A stretch of DNA of 64,000 nt from Candidatus Staskawiczbacteria bacterium (GTDB taxonomy: Bacteria; Patescibacteriota; Minisyncoccia; Minisyncoccales; Staskawiczbacteraceae), in contig JBAZUH010000001.1 of assembly GCA_041661545.1 (NCBI GenBank), positions 147,877 to 211,876 on the forward strand. The letters run 5' to 3'. The position numbers were made by a program, and so were the translations under genes. Of this stretch, positions 52,709 through 62,028 are shown in pieces (the stretch's first letter is position 1; each line of letters starts with the position of its first letter). Under the pieces are notes generated by a model. That model had not been told where the DNA came from. It saw nothing but the letters and a program-made list of their open reading frames with translations, and did not search any database.

Positions 52709-53829
52709 GTATTTTTTGAAATATTTAATAAAAGACCTAAAGCGATTAATTCAACTACTAAATGTGATCCACCATAAGAAAATAATGGCAAAGGAATTCC
52801 AGCTAGTGGGAAAATACCTACTACAGAAGACATGTTTATAAGTGCTTGAAATGTTAAATAAAATACTATTCCTATGGCAAGAATTTGAGAAAATCTATCT
52901 TTAGAATCTTTAGCCATTTTAATTCCCATCCAGAATAATAAAATAAAAGAAATAACAATTATTAAACAGCCAATTATTCCTAATTCTTCACCTATAATAG
53001 CAAAAATAGAATCTGTCATAGACTCTGGCAAAAAAAATTTTTGAGCAGACATTCCAAGCCCTTTGCCAAAAAAACCACCCGATCCCAATGCAAGCATAGA
53101 TTGTTTTAATTGTAGCCCTTTGCCCATTGGATCATGATCTGGGTTTAAAAATGTAAAAAAACGATCCACCCTGTATTGTTCAAATCTAATAAAAATTAAA
53201 AAGGCCGTTGCGCCAAGAGCTACTAGGGTTATAGTATGCCAAAATGGAGTTTTTGCTGAAAAATATAATGCTAATAAGGTTGCACCAATAATTCCTAGAG
53301 TGCTAAGATCTCTTTGCAAAATTAAGCCAATCAAAATTAATCCTAACAAAACCATAAAAGGTGCAAGAATATATATTACATTATGATAACTCTTTTTTCC
53401 TGCAGATTTCCAGCTTTTTTCGTCTGAATCAGATAATTTGGAAGCAATCCATGCTGATAAATATATAATTGCTGTAATTTTTAGAAATTCTGCTGGCTGT
53501 ATGCTTGTAAATCCTAAATTAAGCCACCTGGTAGCACCCCCAGCTCTAATTCCTATGCCCGGTATAAAAACCGCAAAAAGAGCTAATATATTTACAAAAA
53601 CTAATGCTGGGGCCCATTTTTTTAAAAAATTTAAAGAAATCATATAGGCTACAAGCCCAAGTGCAACCCCTGGCAAAAGGCCAAAAAGCACCTGATGAAG
53701 CAAAAAGTAATAAATATTGCCCCTATTTTGCATAGATAGAGACGCCGAAAGACAAGCTAAAAATAAAAAGCTGAAGCTAATTATAAAAATAATTAAAAAC
53801 AATAAAGAATAGTTAGGATGTTTTTTCAT
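52705..53829 (-). CDS. ftsW: SEDS-family peptidoglycan polymerase FtsW
   Basis: 374 aa polytopic; RWLNLGFTSIQPAEF, PESMTDSIFAIIGEELG, PLFSYGGS. Confidence 0.9.
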   Translation of the reverse strand: MKKHPNYSLLFLIIFIISFSFLFLACLSASLSMQNRGNIYYFLLHQVLFGLLPGVALGLVAYMISLNFLKKWAPALVFVNILALFAVFIPGIGIRAGGATRWLNLGFTSIQPAEFLKITAIIYLSAWIASKLSDSDEKSWKSAGKKSYHNVIYILAPFMVLLGLILIGLILQRDLSTLGIIGATLLALYFSAKTPFWHTITLVALGATAFLIFIRFEQYRVDRFFTFLNPDHDPMGKGLQLKQSMLALGSGGFFGKGLGMSAQKFFLPESMTDSIFAIIGEELGIIGCLIIVISFILLFWMGIKMAKDSKDRFSQILAIGIVFYLTFQALINMSSVVGIFPLAGIPLPLFSYGGSHLVVELIALGLLLNISKNT

Positions 53830-55151
53830 TTTATATTTTTAACTGCATCTACGAATTGCTTTCCTCTATCAAATTCATTTTTAAATAAATTAAAGCTTGC
53901 TGCTCCTGGTGATAATATAACAACGTCTCCCTTTTTGGTTAATTCTTTGGCTTTTTTTACTGCTGTTTGCATTGAATTAACGTCGTGTATTCTTGTATAA
54001 TGCCCAATATTTTCTTTAATCTTATCTGAAGCCGTGCCTGGCAGCATAATTATTTCATCAACTCGCTCTCTAATAATTTTGGCCATTTCTATATATTTTA
54101 AACCTTTGTTCTGCCCTCCGCAAATTAAAATTATTCTAGAATCTGGAAAATTTTCTAAAAAGGTTTTAACTGCTGTGATTGTAGCATCTGGCATAGTGGC
54201 GGTTGTGTCATTAAAATATTTTACGCCTCGAGCTTCTCTTATAAATTCTTGACGATTTGGAACTCCCTTAAAGCTGTTTAAAGACTTTTCTATAATTTTA
54301 TCAGAAATTTTTAAAATTTTTGCAACCTCTATTGAAGCTAAAATATTAGATAAATTATGCTCACCTAATAATTTTATTTTATCTAGATTAATTGATTTGG
54401 ATTTGTTTTCTTTAGAATAAAATACAACCCTTGATTTTGAATCTTCTGAAAAATTTTTTACAATTTTATCGTCATTATTTAAAATTAGAACATCTTTATT
54501 GTTTTGGTATTTAAAAATAATTTTTTTAGATTCTATATACTCTGTCATGCTTGCATATCTGTTAAGATGATCTGGCATTATATTTGTAACCACGGCTATA
54601 TTGGGGCTTTGGTTTAAGTCTTCTAATTCAAAACTAGATAATTCTAATACAACATAATGATTATTTTTAATTTTAGGTAAAATTTCTAATGGCGAAACCC
54701 CTATATTGCCAACCAAAAAAGTGTTTTTGTTTTTATTTTTTAAGATATGAAAAATTAAAGATGCTGTTGTAGATTTTCCTTTTGTGCCAGTAACGCCTAT
54801 TTTAAAAGCTTTGGTCATTTTAAAAAATAGACTTACGTCTGTTTCTATGGGAATATTATTTTTTCTAGCAATTTTTAAATATGGTGAAGTGCTAGGAACA
54901 TCTGGATTTTTTATAATTAAATCTGCCCATAAAAAATCTTTTTCTTCATGGCGACCCAAAATATATTTTACCTGCCTGCCGGCAGGCAGGTCTTTAATCT
55001 GTTTAATAGATTCTATTAGTTGTTCTTCTGTTTTCAAATCAGTAACTAAAACTTCTGCCCCTTGTTTACAAAAAAACTTGGCTACGCCAACTCCTCCGCC
55101 ATTAAGCCCCAAGCCCATTATTAATATTTTTTTACCCTTAAATGAATTCAT
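53826..55151 (-). CDS. murD: UDP-N-acetylmuramoylalanine--D-glutamate ligase MurD
   Basis: 441 aa; GLGLNGGGVGVAKF, GVTGTKGKSTT. Contains the 20-bp palindrome in-frame (..KDLPAGRQVKY..). Confidence 0.9.
   Translation of the reverse strand: MNSFKGKKILIMGLGLNGGGVGVAKFFCKQGAEVLVTDLKTEEQLIESIKQIKDLPAGRQVKYILGRHEEKDFLWADLIIKNPDVPSTSPYLKIARKNNIPIETDVSLFFKMTKAFKIGVTGTKGKSTTASLIFHILKNKNKNTFLVGNIGVSPLEILPKIKNNHYVVLELSSFELEDLNQSPNIAVVTNIMPDHLNRYASMTEYIESKKIIFKYQNNKDVLILNNDDKIVKNFSEDSKSRVVFYSKENKSKSINLDKIKLLGEHNLSNILASIEVAKILKISDKIIEKSLNSFKGVPNRQEFIREARGVKYFNDTTATMPDATITAVKTFLENFPDSRIILICGGQNKGLKYIEMAKIIRERVDEIIMLPGTASDKIKENIGHYTRIHDVNSMQTAVKKAKELTKKGDVVILSPGAASFNLFKNEFDRGKQFVDAVKNIK
54971..54990. repeat. 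20-bp perfect GC palindrome CCTGCCTGCCGGCAGGCAGG (copy 2)
   Basis: Perfect palindrome inside murD; 19/20 identical to 8983-9002. Confidence 0.9.
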
Positions 55152-55200
55152 TAGTTGATTTTATCAGATTTTCAACAAAAAAAAAGACCCTTCTGCGCAA

Positions 55201-55230
55201 TAAAATAAAACCGCCCCCTTTGGGGCGGTT
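55201..55230 (-). terminator. intrinsic terminator after 55237..56382
   Basis: - strand: AACCGCCCC-AAAGG-GGGCGG-TTTTATTTT. Confidence 0.75.
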
Positions 55231-55236
55231 ATTTAA

Positions 55237-56382
55237 TTAAGCTTCAGAGGAAAATCTTTTGAATACAATTATAAAAAGGAATATTAACACAAGGCCTATT
55301 AAAATCCATAAATACCAGGCTTTCAAAAATTCCCAAAAACCAGATGTTGCAGGAGCCGAAGAAACCGATGCTTGTGGTTGGTCGGGGTTAAAATTTATTG
55401 AAACTGTGTCTGATTGCGTGATTCCCATGGCATTGCTTGTGCTAATGGCTTGCTTTGTGGCAACAGCAGTAAGAGTTTGTATTTTGCCCTCAAAAGTTAA
55501 TGGTTTTGTGGTTGATGGTGCAATAGAACCAATATTTACACCACTAACTATGTCTCCAGAAATCGGTACACCGTTAAGCTGTAAATTTCCTAAAGAAGAT
55601 ATTTCGGAAGGAATATTGGCTGAAATGTTAACATTATCAACCTGATTGGCAGAATTATTGGTAACAGTAATCATAAAATAAACCTGACTATTAGGACCAG
55701 ACTGAATAGTTTTTTGCCATTGCATAGAAGTTGCATTTTGTTTAGCAAAAAATGAAATTGTTAATCCATTTGAATTTGGTTGTTGAGTTGGAGTAGGAGT
55801 TGTTGGCGCAGGCGTAGTTGTTGGGCAGTTTGCAATTTGGGTGTTTATGCAATTATTTGCAGAACAAGAGTCTGTTGTGCAAGCATTATTATCATCACAA
55901 CTTTTATATAATCCACTCTCAACTCCTAAAGAATCAAACCAATGAATAGAACCTCCATAACAAGCAGTTCTAGAATGTGCCACGTAATTATTAATTGGAG
56001 GGATAACTGGATTTATAATATATGGAACGCATGCACCATATTGGCAAAATTGACTGCCACAGCTAGCATATAGGTCTTGCTGAGATCCGCATGAGTCATA
56101 CCAGTAAATGTTATTGCCTGAGCAAAGTTTATAGGCATGGTAAGTGCATCTATTGTAGTTATTGTAGTAATTATTGCATGTTCCGATATAGCTTCCTTGA
56201 TTACCGCAGGAGTCGTACCAATACATACTATTTCCTACGCATCTTTGCTGATAATTAGGAGTGCAAAGACCAGTATAATATTGGGCTTGTGCAATATTGG
56301 GAATAATTAATATAGCCAAAATAAACACCGCTGTTAAAAAGATGCTTCCAATAACTAACTTTTTTATTATTTTTGTATACAT
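55237..56382 (-). CDS. secreted Cys-rich repeat protein with C-terminal sorting-signal-like tail (candidate sortase substrate)
   Basis: 381 aa with a signal/TM start. Three C..G.S.(Y/H)W(Y/F)DS(C/L)G repeats. T/P-rich linker, then a beta-rich domain. The C-terminus is APATSG + a 25-aa hydrophobic helix + KRFSSEA. Confidence 0.55.
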   Translation of the reverse strand: MYTKIIKKLVIGSIFLTAVFILAILIIPNIAQAQYYTGLCTPNYQQRCVGNSMYWYDSCGNQGSYIGTCNNYYNNYNRCTYHAYKLCSGNNIYWYDSCGSQQDLYASCGSQFCQYGACVPYIINPVIPPINNYVAHSRTACYGGSIHWFDSLGVESGLYKSCDDNNACTTDSCSANNCINTQIANCPTTTPAPTTPTPTQQPNSNGLTISFFAKQNATSMQWQKTIQSGPNSQVYFMITVTNNSANQVDNVNISANIPSEISSLGNLQLNGVPISGDIVSGVNIGSIAPSTTKPLTFEGKIQTLTAVATKQAISTSNAMGITQSDTVSINFNPDQPQASVSSAPATSGFWEFLKAWYLWILIGLVLIFLFIIVFKRFSSEA

Positions 56383-56449
56383 AGTTCTATATTTATTAAA
56401 AATGAAGGATACAACACTATATCACTTATAGAAAAGGGCGTCAAGATTT

Positions 56450-57154
56450 TTAGTTGTTTTGTAATTCTGCCTGAACAGTAATTCTTTGATAGTTTTTTCC
56501 TGGTGGCCAGCAACTAATTAGGGTTAAAAAGTTATTATTAATAGCAGATTCATCTACGGGTATATCGGCGCCTTTTTGTATTATCTTTTTTTGTTTAACT
56601 ATATATTTATATTGTTGATTATTTAAATGCACAAAAACTTCGTCACCAATTGATAGGTCATTTAAATCAGTAAATACCCAATCATGTTTTATCATGGGCC
56701 AGCCTGGGGGCGCTGAGTGGCCCAAAATTACCATTTGACCTATTTGGCCAGGATAAACTGACCCTGGATAAAAAACCACTCCCTTATCTAAATCTTTTTT
56801 TAGAGCATTATTGTCTGTGGTAGTAGAAAAAATTATTGGAACTGAAATAGATATTTTAGGAATTTCTAGTATATTTTGTTTGTCAGTATATGTGGTTTTG
56901 ATATCTTTAATTGGTTGAGCTGTTGGTTGAATTGTTGTAGATTCTATAGTGGGTTGACTATGATTAGGATAAAAATAAGCGTTCATGGTAGAGGCGTCTA
57001 TTGATGGATAAGGATTAAAAAAATCACTAACTAACCCAGAAACTGTTCTATAATTAAAAACCCAGGAGACATCAGCCCAATTTATAATTAAAAAGCTTGC
57101 TAAATATATTAGCATAGCGGTTTTTAATATTTTTTGGGCATTATTTTTTTCCAT
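56450..57154 (-). CDS. sortase family transpeptidase
   Basis: 234 aa; N-terminal TM; catalytic His (VILGHS), TLISC active-site Cys motif, downstream Arg (YQRITV). Confidence 0.8.
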   Translation of the reverse strand: MEKNNAQKILKTAMLIYLASFLIINWADVSWVFNYRTVSGLVSDFFNPYPSIDASTMNAYFYPNHSQPTIESTTIQPTAQPIKDIKTTYTDKQNILEIPKISISVPIIFSTTTDNNALKKDLDKGVVFYPGSVYPGQIGQMVILGHSAPPGWPMIKHDWVFTDLNDLSIGDEVFVHLNNQQYKYIVKQKKIIQKGADIPVDESAINNNFLTLISCWPPGKNYQRITVQAELQNN

Positions 57155-57156
57155 AA

Positions 57157-58224
57157 TTAGATAAACATTTGATGTGGAATTAAAGCTATTATAGTATTTT
57201 TATCTAATAATGTAGCTATAGATAATAATACAATAATTAAAACAGACCTATAAACAAGCTGATTTTTAAAACTGATATTAAAATTAAATAATATCAAGGT
57301 TAATAAAATCCCAATTATTACAAAAGAAACTCCATATATAACGTTTTGAATTAAAACATCGTGGTTATATACTACAGAATTTATTATTTTAGATGATATA
57401 TTATTCAGCCCGGTTTCAATTGGAACATTTATATAGCTTGTTGAGTCTGTTGTTTCTGACAAAACTTTTTCCGAATTGTTGGCAATTTTTACAGTTTCGT
57501 TGTTTACTGTTTTAGAGTTCTCTGGAGTTGTTTTAGTTATATCAGATTTAACAATCTCTTTTTTAACCTCTGCGGGTTGTTTTTCTATATTTGTATTTGT
57601 AGTTATTGGTTTTGCTAGTATTTGACTGCCAAACTCTTGAACAACTATTATGGCATTTCCTTGACCAAATCCCTTTAAAATTGCTGTTCCTACTTCTGTA
57701 TAATTAGGGCTTACAATGTTTGCTCTGTGTGAAGGAGAATTTAACCATGCATTGTAAACTTCTTCTGATTCATAAAATCCAATAGCTAAATTTTCGCCAG
57801 CATATTTATATTTATATCCCACCTGTCTAAACCAAAACCAGGGAGTAACTCCGGTAGGACTTACGTGTTCAAAATAGTTATTTTGAACCATATTTTTAGC
57901 CTTCAATTCAGCGGCTTGATTGAGTTTATTATTTTCTGCCAAGGGTTTTAACCCTATTGCTTCCCTAGTTTGGTTAACAAGATTTTCAAGGGTTGCTTTT
58001 GTTATATCTGCAAAAAATATATTTTGAGGAAAATTAATTGCAATTAAAGTAGTTCCAAGCTTTAATACAAAAAGAAAAATAACACAACAAAGCAAAAGTT
58101 TGCTTTGTAAAAATTTAGATCTATACCCATTGCTTTCTGAAGGCAAAATCAATTCTTTTGCCTTGTCAAAAAGACGTTCTATTATGTCTTCGTTTACTGA
58201 ATAATTCATACCATTATAATACAT
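57157..58224 (-). CDS. CAP/SCP (YkwD-like) domain protein with C-terminal membrane helices
   Basis: 355 aa; NYFEHVSPTG...YAGENLA...WLNSPSHRANI CAP signature. Confidence 0.75.
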   Translation of the reverse strand: MYYNGMNYSVNEDIIERLFDKAKELILPSESNGYRSKFLQSKLLLCCVIFLFVLKLGTTLIAINFPQNIFFADITKATLENLVNQTREAIGLKPLAENNKLNQAAELKAKNMVQNNYFEHVSPTGVTPWFWFRQVGYKYKYAGENLAIGFYESEEVYNAWLNSPSHRANIVSPNYTEVGTAILKGFGQGNAIIVVQEFGSQILAKPITTNTNIEKQPAEVKKEIVKSDITKTTPENSKTVNNETVKIANNSEKVLSETTDSTSYINVPIETGLNNISSKIINSVVYNHDVLIQNVIYGVSFVIIGILLTLILFNFNISFKNQLVYRSVLIIVLLSIATLLDKNTIIALIPHQMFI

Positions 58225-58263
58225 TAATAATGATACTTTGTCAATACTTAATAAAAGATCGTT

Positions 58264-59115
58264 TTATAACCCACAAGTGCTGTTATCGCAAACAATTGCC
58301 CTATCTTTTGGCCTAAGGTCGATATATTTTAAATTTTTTATATTATCAGTGGCAATTTCTCCACCCAATAATAAATTTAGTTTTTTAATTTGGGCATCAA
58401 TATCTGCTTTGGGAGATAAGTCAAAATAAGCTTTCCAATTATTGCTGGTATTAACATCTAGCCTTATTGGGCTGGTTACTAGGGCTTCTTTTAGGTCTAT
58501 TTGAAAACTATTTTTTAAATTTTCTTTAATCTTATAAATAGCGGTTATTATGTTTTGACTAATTACTTTTTGGCCTAAAAAAGCTTGGCTGGTGGCCATA
58601 TTCTGTCGCACAATAGTAGTGTCTGCTGGTATTGTTGTTAATAATTCAAAAATAGTTCCTGTTGGGTCAATCATAAAGCAATTATTGCTAATTTGATCAC
58701 AATAAGCCCCAATAGGTTTTCTTTCTACTATTGCAAGCGTCATAGTTTGTGGTAACTTTTTATTTATTTTAAGTTTTTCTATTTCAGGAAATTTTTCTAA
58801 TATTTTTTTATTTACTTCTTTTGTGTTTACTAAAAGAATGCTTTTAGAAGTTATTTTGATATTAAAAAAACTAGCTAATTCTTTTTCTATATAGTTATAA
58901 GTAGCATCATTAAGATTTTGCGTGTTAATTTTAACATTGCCAGAAATTAGAATATTTTTTATCTGAAGTCCAGGATAGAAAAATAAAAAATAAAATCCAG
59001 AAATTATAACAATTAAAATTAATAATAAAATCCAAAACCACAACATTTTAAATATTGATTTTTTTGGTTTTGCACGATGCAGTTTGTCTTTTATATGATT
59101 TTTTCTATATGACAT
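58264..59115 (-). CDS. ftsQ: cell division protein FtsQ/DivIB-like
   Basis: 283 aa; basic N-terminus, single TM, POTRA-like region (IKNILISGN), beta domain; dcw context. Confidence 0.7.
   Translation of the reverse strand: MSYRKNHIKDKLHRAKPKKSIFKMLWFWILLLILIVIISGFYFLFFYPGLQIKNILISGNVKINTQNLNDATYNYIEKELASFFNIKITSKSILLVNTKEVNKKILEKFPEIEKLKINKKLPQTMTLAIVERKPIGAYCDQISNNCFMIDPTGTIFELLTTIPADTTIVRQNMATSQAFLGQKVISQNIITAIYKIKENLKNSFQIDLKEALVTSPIRLDVNTSNNWKAYFDLSPKADIDAQIKKLNLLLGGEIATDNIKNLKYIDLRPKDRAIVCDNSTCGL
58605..58614 (-). repeat. ATTGTGCGAC polar motif copy 9
   Basis: Exact reverse complement inside ftsQ; in the sense orientation of the gene (I-V-R). Confidence 0.9.
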
Positions 59116-60152
59116 TAAAGACCGCGTTTAACTTTGCGCACACTTTCTATTATATAATTTATCCAATATTTTTTAGAAATAACCAAATCTTGAGTTTTAA
59201 TATATTCTTGTTTATAACCACCAAATCCCATTTTAAATAAAGTTGGGCCTGCCCATGGATGATTGGGGTATTTTTCTGGGTCTGTAAAACCCCAAAAGTC
59301 GTATGTTTTACACCTTCTTTTTTCTGCTTCTTTTATGGCCTCCCATTGCAATAAATAAGGTATAGAATATTTGGAAAATTTTTGCAAAGAAGCTGCTTGA
59401 TGGTAAAAAGCTATCTCGGACCAAAAAATAATCATAGCTCCAGCAGTAATCTCGCCTTTATATTTTCCGAAAACGAAAACGATCTGCTTATCTTTATTAA
59501 AAATTTCAAACTCGTTCTTAATAAAATCATCAGAAAATGGAATAAATCTCTGTCTTTTTGCAACTGCTTTATTGAGTTTTTGATATGTTGCAATATCTTT
59601 TGGATCGTCGCTCACTTCAATGGATATATCTTTGTTTTCTGTTGCTTTTCTAATTAAATATCTTGTAGTTTTACGCATTCCATGAACCAAATCCTTTTCT
59701 ATAGGTAAAAGGTCTAATTTCCATGTTGCTTCATAAGCTGATGCATGCATGGGGGCATTTCTAAACCCTAAATCTAAAAATAAGTTTCTGTTTTCTTCAT
59801 TATCCAAAAAAATTGGCGAACATCTTATAAAACTGGCTTTTTTGTTTTTGGCAATATCACTTAAATGTAATAAAATTAATTCTAAAATTTCTTTTTTATC
59901 ATGAGCTGGTAGTTCATTTGTTAAAACAGGGCCATGAGGAATGGTTAAAAATGTCCCTCTTTTAGCGGATACTTTATAAACTAAAACTACTCCAACTAGC
60001 CTTTCTTTGTTGTATGCCCCCAATCTCCAAATTTCTCCACCCATTTGAATATTAAAATCTCCCCAATTCCAAGATTGTAAAAAGGTTTTATCAGAGCAAG
60101 ATAAAAGAAAATTTTCCCACTCTTCTTTGTTTGTTATCTCTCTTATTTCCAT
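59115..60152 (-). CDS. FemAB-family peptidoglycan interpeptide-bridge aminoacyltransferase
   Basis: 345 aa; FLQSWNWG, GNAT-like duplicated fold, YDFWG, FKMGFGG. Confidence 0.8.
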   Translation of the reverse strand: MEIREITNKEEWENFLLSCSDKTFLQSWNWGDFNIQMGGEIWRLGAYNKERLVGVVLVYKVSAKRGTFLTIPHGPVLTNELPAHDKKEILELILLHLSDIAKNKKASFIRCSPIFLDNEENRNLFLDLGFRNAPMHASAYEATWKLDLLPIEKDLVHGMRKTTRYLIRKATENKDISIEVSDDPKDIATYQKLNKAVAKRQRFIPFSDDFIKNEFEIFNKDKQIVFVFGKYKGEITAGAMIIFWSEIAFYHQAASLQKFSKYSIPYLLQWEAIKEAEKRRCKTYDFWGFTDPEKYPNHPWAGPTLFKMGFGGYKQEYIKTQDLVISKKYWINYIIESVRKVKRGL

Positions 60153-60163
60153 TATTATAATTT

Positions 60164-60745
60164 TTAAATTTTATAACCAATATCATTTAACATTTCCATT
60201 ATTTGCTCTAAAGGAATGTCTCTTGTAATATTGTTGTAACTGCCCTCTATGCGTTCAATAAAAGACGAGCTTGAGTGCTCTAAGGGATCATATCCTAGTG
60301 CATATGTATTAAAATATTGGTCTTCGTTTAAATATTTATCAATTTCTTCTTTTGAAAATTTTCTCATAAATACTTGCGTTGGCACAATTTTTGAAATTTC
60401 TTTACCAGATTTGGTGTCTAACATAAAAATTCCGGTATAAAATTGGTGGTTATTTCCAGATAGAGATGATAGTCTTTTAAAGGCTTCTTCTTTTGATTTG
60501 GGTTTTTCTAAAATTTGACCATTAAAATAACCAACCGAATCAAAACCAATAATAATAGCATCTGCGTAATTTTTGGCAACTGCTTTGGCTTTTAATTTTG
60601 ATAGGGCTTTTACCAAATTTTCAGGATCTTTTCTTTCTATTAGGGATTCGTCTACGCTACTTGCTTGTGGTTCAAAATCAATTCCCAAAAACTTAAATGC
60701 TTTAATTCTATATGGAGAAGTTGTAGCTAAAATAATTTTACGCAT
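60164..60745 (-). CDS. maf: Maf-like nucleoside triphosphate pyrophosphatase
   Basis: 193 aa; ILATTSPYR, GFDSV, GAYALGYD-type motifs. Confidence 0.88.
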   Translation of the reverse strand: MRKIILATTSPYRIKAFKFLGIDFEPQASSVDESLIERKDPENLVKALSKLKAKAVAKNYADAIIIGFDSVGYFNGQILEKPKSKEEAFKRLSSLSGNNHQFYTGIFMLDTKSGKEISKIVPTQVFMRKFSKEEIDKYLNEDQYFNTYALGYDPLEHSSSSFIERIEGSYNNITRDIPLEQIMEMLNDIGYKI

Positions 60746-62024
60746 ATTTTTTTAAAAAATTGATTATTCTGTCAGCATCTTTTTTTGAAATATTTATGTG
60801 AGTTGGTAAATTAAATGTAATTTTAGATAAATCTTCGGCATTTTTGCAGCTACCTGCGGTATATTTCATTTCTTCAATTTTTGTATCAAATGGGGCTATT
60901 GGGGTTGTATACCAATCTCCAAGTAAAATATTTTGACTGTGCCATGCCTGATAAATTATATCGTGAGCTTTTGGATGTTTAATTGCAAAACGTAAAAAAG
61001 TATTTCTTCGGGCCGCCGAAGCTTCTCCAGAAGCGGAGGAGCCTTCGTACCGTTTTGGTAGCTCAAATTTAGTATTTTTAAGTTCCTTGTAATAATATTC
61101 TGCTATTTTCTGCCTGTGATTAATAAATTTTTCTAATTTATAAAACTGATTTAGCGCCATTACAGCTAAAGCATTTGGTAAAGCTTTGGGAAAATAATCT
61201 GGCTTTACTCCCTGTTTTTCTTTTTTGGTAACTGCTTTTGATAAAATGTGAAACCATTGAGAAAAAACTAAAAATATTTTACCTAAATCTAAAAAATTAT
61301 AAATTGGCAAAATTAAATAACCTAACAATATGGGGTGTAGTATTTGTTGAAATGTCCAAAATGAATTTGGCATACTAAAATCATCTTGAGCCTGCTTTAA
61401 ATTTTTGGCTAGTTCGTCATCGTTTGTTACAACCATGCCCCCGTAAACTGAAGATATAACTTTATCTCTGCCAAAACTGAAAAATGCGGCCCTACTATGG
61501 GCGCCAACTTTCAGCCCATTAAATTCAGCTCCTAGCGAATGGGCACAGTCTTCTATTAGTATTAAATTATAGGCTCCGCAAATGGCCCTAATTGCGTCCA
61601 TATTGGCGGGAAGTCCAAAAACGTGCTGAACTACCACAACCCTTGTTTTGGTCGTAATTTTGGCCTCTAAATCGCTTGCATCCATGTTAAAGTCGTCTTT
61701 ATTGCAATCTACATAAACTGGTTCTAATCCAGCCCATAAAATAGGATTTGGAACAGCATTACAGGTAAAAGATTGTATTAAAACTTCGCTTCCCTTCTCT
61801 AAATTTAAAGACTTAAGAATTGCATAGAGAGAGCTTCTTCCAGAATTAAAAGAAAAAGCGTGTTTTACTCCAAGATATTCTTTAAATTCGCTTTCTAATT
61901 TTTCTATTGTTTTCCCCTTTTTCCATAACCATGGTCGAATAAGCAAATTTAAAGCAAGATGCAAGTCATCTTTTTCTACATTTGGAGAAAGTGATATTGA
62001 TATTGGTTTAAAATATTGAAACAT
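60738..62024 (-). CDS. DegT/DnrJ/EryC1/StrS-family PLP aminotransferase
   Basis: 428 aa; SGRSSLY, FTCNAV, EDCAHSLGA, FSFGRDKV (PLP lysine). Carries a GC-rich in-frame patch (..SSASGEASAARR..) at about 61008-61050. Confidence 0.85.
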   Translation of the reverse strand: MFQYFKPISISLSPNVEKDDLHLALNLLIRPWLWKKGKTIEKLESEFKEYLGVKHAFSFNSGRSSLYAILKSLNLEKGSEVLIQSFTCNAVPNPILWAGLEPVYVDCNKDDFNMDASDLEAKITTKTRVVVVQHVFGLPANMDAIRAICGAYNLILIEDCAHSLGAEFNGLKVGAHSRAAFFSFGRDKVISSVYGGMVVTNDDELAKNLKQAQDDFSMPNSFWTFQQILHPILLGYLILPIYNFLDLGKIFLVFSQWFHILSKAVTKKEKQGVKPDYFPKALPNALAVMALNQFYKLEKFINHRQKIAEYYYKELKNTKFELPKRYEGSSASGEASAARRNTFLRFAIKHPKAHDIIYQAWHSQNILLGDWYTTPIAPFDTKIEEMKYTAGSCKNAEDLSKITFNLPTHINISKKDADRIINFLKKYA

Positions 62025-62028
62025 GTTT

